Source: Leucoraja ocellata
Taxonomy: Eukaryota
NCBI GenBank assembly: GCA_036785375.1
Contig: JAWMAR010000462.1
Span: forward strand, 1,488,001-1,552,000
DNA length: 64,000 nt
Direction: 5' to 3'
The translations under genes and the position numbers were made by a program. Below, piece after piece: positions 1 through 11,820 of the stretch; position 1 is the first letter of the stretch, and each line of letters begins with the position of its first letter. Below the pieces are notes generated by a model that had not been told where the DNA came from, ran no database searches, and was given only the letters and a program-made list of their open reading frames with translations.

Positions 1-120
1 TTGACATCTGAATGGCCTGTTTCTGTGCTTTGACGTTCTATCTCAATACTTTTAAAGTAGAGTTGAATCCAGCAATATTCAAATACTGAATTTGGAGGCA
101 ATGTTGTAATTTACAACATT

Positions 121-405
121 TGTAGCTCCTCTTCCACCTGTCCCCTTCCACCTATATCTTTCCTCCCTCCTATATCCATCCTCCCTCTGTGCATTTCACT
201 TCTCTATCTCCTTATCTGACACCTTATCTTGTCCCTTTTACAACTCTATCCACTGTTATTTACTCTGCCCATCTGCCAATGACCCCCCCCCCCCCCCCTT
301 ACCTGCATCCGCCTATCACTTGCCAAGCTTTGTCCTGCCTCTTCCTCTTTTTTCCAGCTTTCTCTGCCACCACAATCTGTCTGAAGAATGATCCCAAAAC
401 ATTGT
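121..405 (+). mobile_element. Penelope-like element 3' fragment, degenerate
   Basis: Pyrimidine-rich segment ending in gtctgaagaa..cccaaaac; resembles the reverse complement of 51740-52160. Confidence 0.5.
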
Positions 406-1216
406 TGTGATGTTAATGCTCATCAAAAAGCTAGCTTAATGATTATTGGTTTGATTCAAGCCATTGTCTTGTATAATTTTAAAACTAAATACAATTTTCA
501 TATTTAGATTTTGTTTGTGATTATTCCAAAAATTCTTATTTTCTGTAAAGATTGGAGTGGAAAATGATATTTTCTATGATCTTGAGAAACCTCTGCATTT
601 TACTGTTGCAAGATTTTGTAATTTGTATGCAGTGCACTTCACTGGAGAAAATGTGTTGTACGCCTATGTTGGTAAGGCCTTTGGCACCACTGTTCTTTGA
701 CATGGGGCTTTCACTTCTGTTATTCTTTTTCCAGTAAATGTTCCTTTCTTGTGTATTTCAAGGGTGGGGGGTGGGGGGTTGGGGGTTTTCAGTTCTCTAG
801 CCTATTCAAGGCTGAGATAAAGAATTTTGTATGGCAGAGCAGTTGAGAGTTATGGAAATTGGCAGGAAAGTAAGATTGATGACCATGGATAGTGGAACGA
901 GCCTGATTATATAACTATTACCATTTGATTTTTGTAAACTCTAGCTCTATGCTGAATTCCTTTTAAATCGGAGTATGAAACAAAATTATTAGTAGATTAC
1001 ATGTCTCAGATTTAAATCCTTAATGGTTTAATCCCTTTATCTCTCCCCCTCACTCCCTCACTGCCATATTACGCAGTGAAGAAGCTCTACCCTCTATCCT
1101 AAATGTAGTGTCATTCAAGGTTACGAATTCTAGCAAATGATTAGAATGTGTTTGCTTAACTTTAGAATGTGGGGGCAGGCGGGTTGCCTTTCAGTCGTTT
1201 GAGGGATACGCACACA

Positions 1217-1903
1217 AAACTCTCATCTTGTTTGTTTGTATGCATGTGAGTATGTGTGATCCTGAACCTATGCCAAAATGGTACAGGATAGCGCTACAAC
1301 TTTGGCCCACCTTACTCACCATTGTCCTGTGGTGTACTGAGGCAAGTTTTGTTCAGATTGATGCTATATATTAAAAGTTATTCACATTTTAAACTTTACA
1401 AAAACCACTTTGACAAAAAATCACTTCCATCTGTTAGCTGCGTATGATGTCATAATAGGATCCCAAATCTCGTTTACATAAAAATTTGCTCTTGTCAAAA
1501 AAATTCTGTTTAATTCAAATTCTTCCGTTTTCATTCACAATGACGTCATAATGGGATTGCAAATCTTATTTACATAAACTTTTACATAAAAAATGGTGGG
1601 AAAACTCACTTTTTAAAAGAGAACTCGATTTTCATTGTGGGGGGGGTGGAATAGGGGGGAGGTTTTATTTGGAAAAAATTGCGTTTTTCATTGTGGGGGT
1701 GGGATAAGGGGGAGGTTTCCATTTACACAAAAAATCACAAAAATAAGGGGTGGGGAGAAAAGAGGGTGAAGAGAGGGGGGAGAATTCTGCGGGATGATGG
1801 GGAGTTCTGCGGGATGAGGGGGACTGGAGGATAGGGGTAGGAGGAGGGATGGCGAGGTAATTGCGTTGTGGACCACGCTTCCCGTGTGAAAGGTTGGTCT
1901 GGT
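1217..1903. mobile_element. Non-autonomous interspersed repeat, possibly Helitron-like, with internal duplications
   Basis: Internal direct repeats about 1444-1482/1540-1579 and 1629-1680/1685-1736; G-rich 3' part. Class is a guess. Confidence 0.3.
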
Positions 1904-2702
1904 TATTATTATTTGTCCTGGTTTATCCAACATACAATACAAAAATGTGAAACTCTGCAGTTTTTTTTCTTAAATTGGACACAAACATGTGGTTTAACAT
2001 TGCAATTGTAGTTCTGATTTGTTTTTTGTAAGAATAGCTCTACGTCCCAGATTTAAAATAATTGAATGAATGGCGAAACGAATGCTGGAATAATCTGTCT
2101 ACAAGGTTCCTACATTTCTCCAGATTTTGTGAAAAGAATTGTGCCTTGAATTTGATGCTCTGTTCTTACTTTTGCCACATAATATACAATAGCCCTTTTT
2201 GATTCATACACGTCAGAACTGCGTGGGTTTGCAGGATGTTTCCTGATTAATGTTTTTATTGTTGTGGTAATTTTGCCACAGCTGATGGGAGAATCTGATT
2301 CCAGCAACCTTTTAATTAATTTAAAGTCTTCGGGAAGGCTGTAAAAGGCATTAGTTGGCAGAATCCCTGAAGGAATAGCATGGATACATTTGACAACCTT
2401 CAATCCAACGCAGCCCTGTTTCCTCTTTAAAAAAGTATCTGTAGTACTTATTGCTATCTCTGGCAACACACGTCAGCGAAATGCCTAAAAAACAATTTTG
2501 AAACATCCTAGAGATGAGACTGCCAGCTTCTATTAAAGGAACTAAATTAAGATTTAGTCATTGTATTTCTAAATAATTATCAAGTTTTTAAATGCCTGAA
2601 ATTTATTTTCATGATCAGTAGGACATAATTTATACCTCCTCTGTTTCCTCCCTAAAACAGCCTGCACACTTAAAGCTCCATTTCCATGTCACCTAAGCGT
2701 GT

Positions 2703-2796
2703 CTGAAGAAGGGTCTCGACCCGCAATGTCACCCATTCCTTCTCTCCAGAGATGCTACCTGTCCCACTAAGTTACTCCAGCATTTTGGGTCTACCT
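2703..2796 (+). mobile_element. Solo Penelope-like terminal repeat with 14-bp TSD
   Basis: ctgaagaagggtctcgacccgcaatgtcacccattcc...; flanks tcacctaagcgtgt (2689-2702) and tcacctaagtgtgt (2797-2810). Confidence 0.8.
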
Positions 2797-4178
2797 TCAC
2801 CTAAGTGTGTTTTGATTTATCTCCTCTATTCCTTTTAGCTATGGTGTTTTGGACCTTTGCCCAAGTTTATAATTTAGAAAATGTGTCTAGTTCATGAATA
2901 ATTCTGTGATTTGAGAATTATTTTCCATGCTGGCATAGAATGGGAGATGGTTGAGAAGGAAATGAGATAGCATAGTGCCAACTGGTCTATCCACTCTATT
3001 GCAGCAGCATTGCATCTCATGTAGTTCTGATTTTTAAAGAGTAATCAAAGCCTTGTGTGTGTGTAGTGTATGCATTTAATTTATTGCATCTCATGTATGT
3101 TCGTGCATTCTAGATTTTCTTTAAATCTATAAAGCACTTACTCAAGTTATGTTGCCATGTATCTTTTGGTCTGACTATATCTGTAGGGCATAGCATTCAT
3201 TTAGGAGCATCTCAATAAATGTGCATTTGTGTTTTCTGATTAACTTCGATAAAGACCGCTCCCATTGCACTGCAATGTAGATGTTTTGGAAAATGGCAAT
3301 CTTTTCCAGGAACCCCATAAAATCAATGTGCCTAATTCAATAACTCAAGCATACCAAATCACTACTGCGGGCTTTCAATGAGACCCACGATGCAACTTAC
3401 TGCCGGGAATTTCAGTATCCTTGTAAACATCTAAACTAGTTTGCGATTAATCTTGACATTTAATATAAAAAAACCTGCCTTTTTGAATTTCGAGATCTCT
3501 GCATGGTTTCCCTCCAGAGGTTTGGCCCTTTACCTGGATTTCAGTTCTTTAAAGTTTACTTCTTGTATAAAGCTTTGCTGTTTTCTCCTTCAATTTGAGT
3601 TAGATGCCTGGCTGCTCTGTCACTGCATTCTATGAGCAAATTCAGTTTTTAAATGTTATTGGTTTTATTTTTCTTACTTGAAATTGGATCCATTCGCACA
3701 ATCTGACTCTGAATTGTGGTACTTATTTCTTGAAAGCATTTTGTTGTGGCTGCTGCCCGAATAGTAATATTTTTTTAAGCTTATTTATTTTTCTTGCATT
3801 TGAAGTACTCTGGTTGTGCTATTGTGTTTGAGCTTGGCGTTCATTCACAGGCCCAAACTAGAGGTTTTACCTAATGGGATTACCTGGTGTGTATATATTT
3901 TCAATGCTGTTTATTTGTCCCTGAAGCAAAACGATATTAAAAGTAAACTTTTCATTGAAAAATAGCAAATGCAATCCTTTTATTTCTAAAAGGATAGAGA
4001 GCAAATTGGGAATTAGAAAAGTTAAAATTGGGAATTAGAGAAGGAAAAATGCTAGAATGTTAGAATTTACGATGTAGGAACTGACACTTTGAAAATAATA
4101 GGATTGTTTAGAAGTTATAAGGATTTTTTAAAGGGAAATCTTTAACAGATTTGTGCTGCTTTAACAGATTTGTATATG

Positions 4179-4629
4179 CAGGGCTCTCACTTAACTTTTT
4201 TTCCCTGTTGCCAGCCGGGCAACCTAGGCAGCTTTTTAGGTTGCCAAATGACAGCTTAGGTGGTCATTTAAGATGGCTCTTGCATGACGATAATGTGCTC
4301 AGACGAAGTGCGTAGTTACCAGTCGGAATTATGCTCAATGAAGCATTCACATATTATTTCTTCTTCAAATAAACTCACAAACTAAACATATTCACCAATC
4401 AAGACATGATATATACCACAAGGACATGCAGCAAAATTATAATAAAATATCTCCTCTTTTCTCCAGAGATGCTGCCTGACCTGCTGAGTTACTCCAGTTT
4501 TTTGTGTCTAACTTCGGAATAAACCAGTATCTGCAGTGCCAAGTCGGGCAAAATGACTCGGCATTTCGGTTGCCCGGTGGCACTTTGGGTGGCCATTGGC
4601 ACCCGGGCAACCACTAATTTCGAGCCCTG
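4179..4629. mobile_element. hAT-like MITE with a nested Penelope terminal-repeat fragment (about 4455-4537)
   Basis: Termini cagggctc / gagccctg; subterminal gttgcc/ggcaac repeats; no clear TSD. Confidence 0.55.
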
Positions 4630-5671
4630 ACTTGAATGGTAACTCTCAAATGAAAAATGTAAGAACAAGAAGAAAAAAAGCACTGGCGAGAGACTGACAC
4701 GAGTTGATGTCCAGCGAGACCCGGGTCTACAAGTATATGAATGTTAACATGCTGTAAAATAAGTGCATAGGTTGGCAAACATTTGAAAGGACACACACTT
4801 CAATTGTACTCATTGTTTACTGTTCTTTAGTGCAAAAGTTATTTAGGACTGTTCTATGCTTTGGCACTATTTAATAACTAATACGATTCCTGTTTCTCCT
4901 TTCATTTAATGACCATACATTAATGCAAGCATATTTGAGTACAGAATGAAGATATTGTAAGTATATAGGGCCTTGGCAAGATTGTGCCTAGGACATTGTT
5001 ACGAGTCCGATCTCTACCAAGAGGACCAATGAAGGTTCATCAGATTGATATATGGTGAAGTTCATTTATGAGAGATTAAGAAAATTAGTTGTTTACACGA
5101 GTTTAAAATGAGAAGTGATCTCATTGAAATATTTTAATTTTTTGCGGAGCTCCACACGTCTAAACGGAGATGATGTTTCTATTAGCAGATTGTCTAAATC
5201 CACAAGCTACAGCCTCAGAAAATCATGATGTTACCATTGAGGTTTTTTCAAAATGTTGTTTTCATGGTAATTTAAGGAAATGTTTTAAGTGTACGCTTTC
5301 AGTTGCTGGTCTTGGAATACGTCTATTTGTAGTTATTTAGGAAATGTAGCACTAGATAAGGCTTCCTTGATCTGTTCATTTCTATTCTAGAAATATTAGA
5401 GTTTTTTTAAATTCCCATGGGACTTGAGCATCTCCATATCCGTTTAATTGCCTCCACTCCTCTGGTAAGCAGTTGTCAATTTACACGACAATCAATGCTC
5501 TCTGTAACATTGCTTTAATCCCGATTCTGAAAATGGTTTCTGAATACCGCAAGGTAGTTTAGTTAATTGTTCTCCTCCTTTTCCTTCTCTCAATTAAATG
5601 GACAAGATTACGTCATATGGCCATTTACCCAAGCATATGGAGGACATATTTATCAGTATCCTTATTCAGAG

Positions 5672-5768
5672 CCTGAAGATGAGTCACGACCTGAAATGTC
5701 ACCTATTCCTTTTCACCAGCAATGCTGCCTGACCCGTTGAGTTACTCCAGCTTTTTGTGTCTAAAGGT
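5672..5768 (+). mobile_element. Solo Penelope-like terminal repeat
   Basis: cctgaagatgagtcacgacctgaaatgtcacctattcc...gttactccagctttttgtgtct; flanking ttattcag at 5662-5669 and 5769-5776. Confidence 0.7.
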
Positions 5769-6160
5769 TTATTCAGCTTGATTTCATCCTTGGCTCATAC
5801 CATCCAAATGTGACCATGTGCTGAGTGAATAGAAATCTGTCTGTTTAATACCCGGCACATAATTAACAGTCTTTGTGCTTCATGAATGACTGTCATTTTT
5901 ATGAATCAGCAAGATTTACAGTGCGTCTTTTGATGTTGCAATGAATGTTAGAGGAAATTCTGGTTTTGTGGTTGAATGTTTCAGCATGTGTGTTGAATTT
6001 GATTTGCATAATGGTTGAACATGGAAACTTTTTTTATCCTCTCTGCACCATCGGGTTTCCTGGTACAAACAAGGCGGTTTGGCTAAACCTCAATGATGCC
6101 CTGCAGCAGACAAATATTTTGACATTTGTTATGAGGAATGTGTGTTTTTTAGTTTTAGCG

Positions 6161-7277
6161 AAGGAACTGCCAATGCTGGTTTACACCAAAGATAGACACA
6201 AAATACAGCCGTAACTCAGCGAGACAGGCAACATCTCTGGATAGAAGGAATGGGTGACGGTTTGGGTCGAGACCCTTCTTCAGACTGAGAGTCGGGGGAG
6301 AAAAACGAGAGTTATGGAAGGGTGAAGACGAGATCAAAGGGGACGTAGTTCAAGGAAAATGTAGATCATTGTTAGCTAGGGGAAGATGACAACAAGCCAT
6401 ACAAAGTAAAATTTAAACAGGTGGACAGTCGAACTAGTCGGAGAACTAGGATGGGGGGAGGGCTGGAGAGCGAGAGAGAGAGAGAGAGAGAGAGAAAGCA
6501 AGCGAGGGTTACTTAAAGTTGGGGAAGTCACTATTCATACCGTTGGGTTGTAAGCTGCCCAAGCGAAATATGAAGTGCCGTCCTCTAATTTGTCTTAGGC
6601 CTCTGACCGTGGAGGAGGCCCAGGACGGAAAAGTCAGAATGGGAGGGAGAGTTAGTATTTAGCAACTGGGAGATCGTCTAGGAGGACTGAACGGAGGTGT
6701 TCAACAAAACAATCGCCAAGCCTGTGCTTGGTCTCGCCGATATGCCTGGAATAGAGGATACTGTCGATGAGGTTGGAGGAGGTGCAAGTGAACCTCTGCC
6801 TCGCCTGAAAGGACTGTTAGGGTCCTTAGGGAGTTGAGGGAGGAGGTATGTGTTGCATCACGTGGTGCAGTTGCAGGGGAAAGTACCTAGTGAGGGGGTG
6901 ATTTGGGTGGTAAGGGATGTGCAAAACAGGGATTTGTGGAGGGAAATGTCTCTGCGGAAAGGGGTGGAGATGAGATGTGGCTAGTGGTGGGATCCCGTTG
7001 GAGGTGGCGAACATGTTGGAGGATTATGTGTTGTATGCGGCAGCTGATGGGGTGGAACTCTCTCTCCCTGTTGTGATTGGGGGGGGGGGGGGGGGGGAGG
7101 GGGAGCAAGAGGGTTACCGAGGAGGCCCTTGTGAGGGATTTGGCTATGATGGAAGAGGGAAACTCCCGTTCCATAAAGACTCTCAGTCTGAAGAACGGTC
7201 TCAACCTGAAACGCTACCCACTCCTATCCAGAAATGCTGCCTGTCCTGCTGAGTTACTCCAGCATTTTGTGTCTATC
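6161..7277 (-). mobile_element. 5'-truncated Penelope-like retroelement (GIY-YIG endonuclease remnant) with inverted terminal repeats
   Basis: Minus strand encodes QSFQARQRFTCTSSNLI...HIGETKHRLGDCFVEHLRSV and a C-terminal FRLGSLQPNGMN; linker FHPISCRIQHIILQHVRHLQRDPTTSHI; inverted arms 6191-6293 and 7178-7277. Confidence 0.85.
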
Positions 7278-9461
7278 GGTAATAATGGAACTTTGATCAA
7301 AATGTGATGCTTTCATTGTCGGATGGATTCTTATTGCCAAACGGTAACTGAATGCAGCCAATGTAGTTTAGTTCATTTTTCTCCTACCTCATTGAGGTGT
7401 TTTGCAAGGGTCATGTCAAAATCATTGCAATGCCTGAGCTTGTCATCTTCACCATGGCTGGTTGTAACATTATAATTGAAAATGAGGCATTACTTATCAA
7501 AGTCCTTCTGTTACTAGCTGCTTTGTTTTGCTTCCTGCCCAGACAATGGTCTGCTTTCACTGTTGTTTAGTGATCCTCCCTTGTAAGCTAGTTTCAAGTG
7601 AACAAGGATACTTTCGTTGACACATGCCCACTGAATAGTTGGTGAGAGAAATGTGGTTGGGGGAGGTGGGGGGGAGAGAAAACTACATCCTTGTAAATTG
7701 CACTTTGCTGAGCCGTCTGATTGGAGCACAGTCTTCACTAAAGGATATTGGCACAGTAATGATCAAAATGACAGTTAATCCTGTTGTCATCTATGATTTT
7801 TCATGCCAGATTTGTGTCTGTGTTGGTGCAAATTCAGCATGAAAATGGCTGAATTGCATTTGCTTCAGCTGCACAGCTTTTAAAGAGACCAACTGAATAG
7901 GCACTTACATTAGTGGAGTATTGGATCTGACTGCAGGAACTGTCCATTGACAAAATCAGTTTGAGCTTGTGATGGGGTTTATTTTATTGCTTTAAAACCT
8001 CTTACCAAAACTCTGAGTCTTATCTCTATCAAGCAAAACTTAACTCTGCGATGTAATCTTGTCACTTGAAATGTCTTTTAAAATTCAATATTGTGCCCAC
8101 GCAAGCGACATTAATGTGCTCTGTGTGCTTCGGGTGTGCTCTCGTGAAAGGATACACGGTGACCAGCTTGGGTAAGTACTTCAGTGTGAATTCTAAAATA
8201 GTGTAATGCCTACAAGAAGCTGAAGTGCTTTTAGTGGATTTTGTGTAATCTGATTATTTTTTTTTTAATTTGTGGGATCATTTTGTAACCTTCTCTAAAA
8301 ATAAAGTAAAAATTGATTTTTAGTATTAATTTGGATTACATCACGGTTGTTTGCAATGTGATTTTGTTTTGAGTTGGTATCCATAACTGTAGTTCATTGT
8401 TTTACACAGAGTTGGTAATTGGCTTTGACTGTAGATCTAGTAAGTGAAAAGTGGGCTGGATACTGATTTTAAAAATGTGTTGTGCACAGTATAACTCCTA
8501 CGTAGTGTAAATTAATATTAAGAATATCATGAGTGTTTTTTGCCTTTCAGTATAGAAATGATTGTTGGACTGCAGCTGCTGAGTGGCTGAACAGAAAGCT
8601 GCATGTATTTTACTTGCAGATGATTTCATGTCATGAATAGTGCAATTTCTGTTTGCATGGAATCACTGATCCAGGCCAAGCTGTACCAAACTTTTGCTTG
8701 TGTGTTTTTTTTTTTTGCCTCTCCTGTTTTTCCTCAACTACTGTCACATTGACAGATACAAGCTGTGGGAAGCAAATGAGCAACATGTTAGAACCTACCT
8801 TTAATTTTTTTGAAAACTCAACATTTTGAATGATAATTTGGGACATGTAGCTAACATCCTTTGCTCACTGCCAGAAATCCGGCAATATGCTGCAGATCAT
8901 GATCACAATATGATGAAATCGTACACCATATCAACAACCACAACCCGTTCTGCCTTACTGGCCATTAATACAATTATTTCGCATTTACCTCCTGCCAGTC
9001 TTTTTCACCCATTCCCCCACAGCCACCACTGAATGCTAAATTTGTATCTTCAAGAAGTGTGAACGTGTATGCAATCCAAGAGAGGATTTCAAATTGAGAT
9101 GTTTTTTTGTGACTGGATAGCTGTTAACAATGGGTTCCACAAGACTTGGCCCCTTTTGTTTTGCACAGTAATTAATGGATAAAAATGTAGTGGGCATGGT
9201 AAAGTTGGTAAAGAATGATCCATAACTTGGCTGTATTGTTGACTGAGAGGAGGAATTATTTTTGATGTCAAGACAAGATAGATGATTTGATTAGTTGGTA
9301 AAAATTGGGTAATGGAATTGAATCGAGTATGTGTTCTAATGTGTCTCAGGAGGTGCAACAAGACAAAGAATATCCAATAACTGGGAGGATATTGGAAGAA
9401 ACAGAGGGACATTAAAATTTAAGTGCACATATCCTTAAATGTCGATAATGTAATGACCAAG

Positions 9462-10517
9462 GAAGAAGCAAGTTCGGTATTTCAACAGCGCATGCCCAAG
9501 TCATAGGTCACTCGAGATAAACATTCTTAGCAGCTGGTATACAGACCTGCATTTCATCCGTAGTCAGGATTGAACCCGGGTCTCCGGCGCTGCAATTGCT
9601 GTTGAATTGCTACTGGAGTTAGATAATGTAGAACAAGTGTGAACAGGTGATCTCACTACCGTCCACGTCACATCCCTGTCTGGGGGCGGCCGGAGATGTC
9701 CGGGGCGACGGGACACCAGCCTGGAACAGTGGCAATCCCAGGCTTACAGCCAGCACGGAGAAGAAGCGCAAACTCGAACTCAACTCTGATCCAACTCTCG
9801 AGGAACCCATTCCCCGACGGGCCATGGACCGTTAGCTGCACCTCTCGCCTTATCCAGTGGCTGTTGGTTATTATACAGGGGTGAGCCAGCCACACACCCT
9901 TCTCCTGCATAACCCCAGGAGACAGATTTGTGAGCAGAGTCTCACTACCGCGAACCATAGCTCCGCGATGCCGATGCAGCAGGCCCAGGTGAGGCATCGC
10001 CCGCTCTGCGATGTATCCAGCGATGCATTGCCGCTGCTGAAGCTGTGGTCCAGTCCCGGCAGGAAAGGCCGCCGCGCCAATCCAGCTGGTAGGTCGCGAG
10101 GAAGGGGGCGAGAACGCGACTCGGGTTATAGTTGCATCCTCGCCAGGAAGCGACTGAAGGACAGTTTCCCCCTTACCATACCCTCTTCCCCCCACATAAA
10201 ACACCCAAAAAAAACTATTGAACATACTTTCAACATAACAAAAAATAAAAAAAGATACCAGGCTGAAGGCGGAGGCAGCCAGCAACAGCGCCACCGGATG
10301 AAGTGAGATAGAAATAAAATCGAATTAATGTTCATAAAAGAGCGACCCCTGTCCGCTATTGAGTTGACAGAATTCTAGATGAATTCATTGGTAGAATACT
10401 TAACAATTTATACGCAATTTATAGGCCAGTGCTTTGTTCGCTTTTTGTTTTTCACGAATGAACTTTGACAAATCCCATGATTCCTTGCGTTTTTCGGAAA
10501 ACCGAACTCGCTTATTC
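9462..10517. mobile_element. Putative non-autonomous DNA transposon, CpG-rich, imperfect terminal inverted repeats
   Basis: gaagaagcaagttcggtattt (from 9462) versus reverse complement gaataagcgagttcggttttc (ending 10517); internal ORFs have no recognisable domain. Confidence 0.4.
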
Positions 10518-10524
10518 AGGACAT

Positions 10525-10840
10525 TTTTATTTTAACTTTACAGATACAGCGCAAATACTGGCCCTTCAGCCCACCGACTCCGTGACGACCAGTGATCACC
10601 CCATACACTAGCACTATCCTACACACTAGGGACCATTCACATTTTTTCATAATCGAAGCCAATTAACATAAACTTGTATGTCTTTTGAGTGGGGGAGGAA
10701 ACCAGACCATCCGGAGAAAACCCACACGGTCACAGGGAGAACGTACAAACTTTGTACAGACAGCACCCATAGTCATAGTCAGAACTTGGATCTCTAGCAC
10801 TGCAAAGCAGCAAATCTACTGCTGTGCCACAGTGCCGCCC
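10525..10840 (-). mobile_element. HE1-like tRNA-derived SINE
   Basis: Minus-strand head gggcggcactgtggcacagc with A/B-box-like sequence, and CR1-type tail gggctgaagggcc...gctgtatct. Confidence 0.8.
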
Positions 10841-11479
10841 CTAAATGAACCAAGTAAAGTAGCACATGGAGCATGCTGAATTATACTCTGTACAATGCTT
10901 AAGCCACAGTTTGACTTTCATGCAAAGTGCCTGTCACACATTATAAAAAATGATTGCATTGGAGAAAGGTTTGGAGATTTACTGGGATTACGGAACATCG
11001 AAATACTGGATAAATTAGGGATTCATTTGTTACAGAAGAGGCTTGTGGAAGATTTAAGATTTAAATTTAGAAGTCTAGAACAGGCCTATTTTATTGGGCG
11101 GGTTAAAAAACAGCAATTGGTGGAGGAATTAATTTTTCCATTTACAGGACAACTCAAATCTGAACCTCTACCTGAAAGAGGTAGAAATCCTCATCTGACA
11201 AATGTATATTTGTGTGCGTCAAGCGATGGTCTCCGGTTCATGTGCCAGGAGGGTTTTGTTTGGGTAGCTCACTTTTGACTGAATTGGACACAATAGGTTG
11301 AATAATATTCTTTATCTTAAGTATTCTGTGAGTCAATGTACTTTGTAAATTTGCTGTGTATTTACACCCTGGAAAAAGTTATTGAAATAAAATAGATCAA
11401 GAAATAGGTTATGAAGTACAGGCATCTGTATAGGCAACAACAGCATCTAAATCAACTGGGGAAATAGGCCAAGTCATTG

Positions 11480-11820
11480 AAGATGCCCTTTAACTCGAGC
11501 AAATGCAAAGTCATGCATTTTGGAAAGTTAAACCAGGGCAGGACATACATTGTATGACAGGGCCCTGGGAATATTGTAGAGCAGGATCCAAGATGAGCAG
11601 TATTCGGTTTTGTGAAAGTGGCAACTCAGATACTTGATGGTGGAGAAGGCATACTGCCCACTTGCCTTCATTGGACAGGGCATTGAGTACAAGGATTGGG
11701 GTGTTATATTATAGCTGTACAAAATGATGTGGAAACTGAACCTGGAATATTGTATACAATTCTGGTCGCTATAACTAGAGGAGGGATATGAATAAGCTCA
11801 AATATATTCACATGGATGTC
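11480..11820 (+). mobile_element. CR1/HER1 LINE ORF2 fragment, degenerate
   Basis: aaatgcaaagtcatgcattttgga (KCKVMHFG) and downstream sequence homologous to the element at 25408-27300. Confidence 0.7.

Noticed and set aside
9668-10306. 208-aa minus and 149-aa plus ORFs as a protein-coding gene
   Set aside because: No recognisable domain, ORFs overlap on both strands in GC-rich sequence, and they lie inside a probable transposon.
10780-10840. tRNA gene
   Set aside because: A/B-box-like sequence is the head of a tRNA-derived SINE with no complete cloverleaf; the same holds for the other SINE heads.
10895-11278. 127-aa plus ORF
   Set aside because: No recognisable family; adjacent to decayed LINE sequence.
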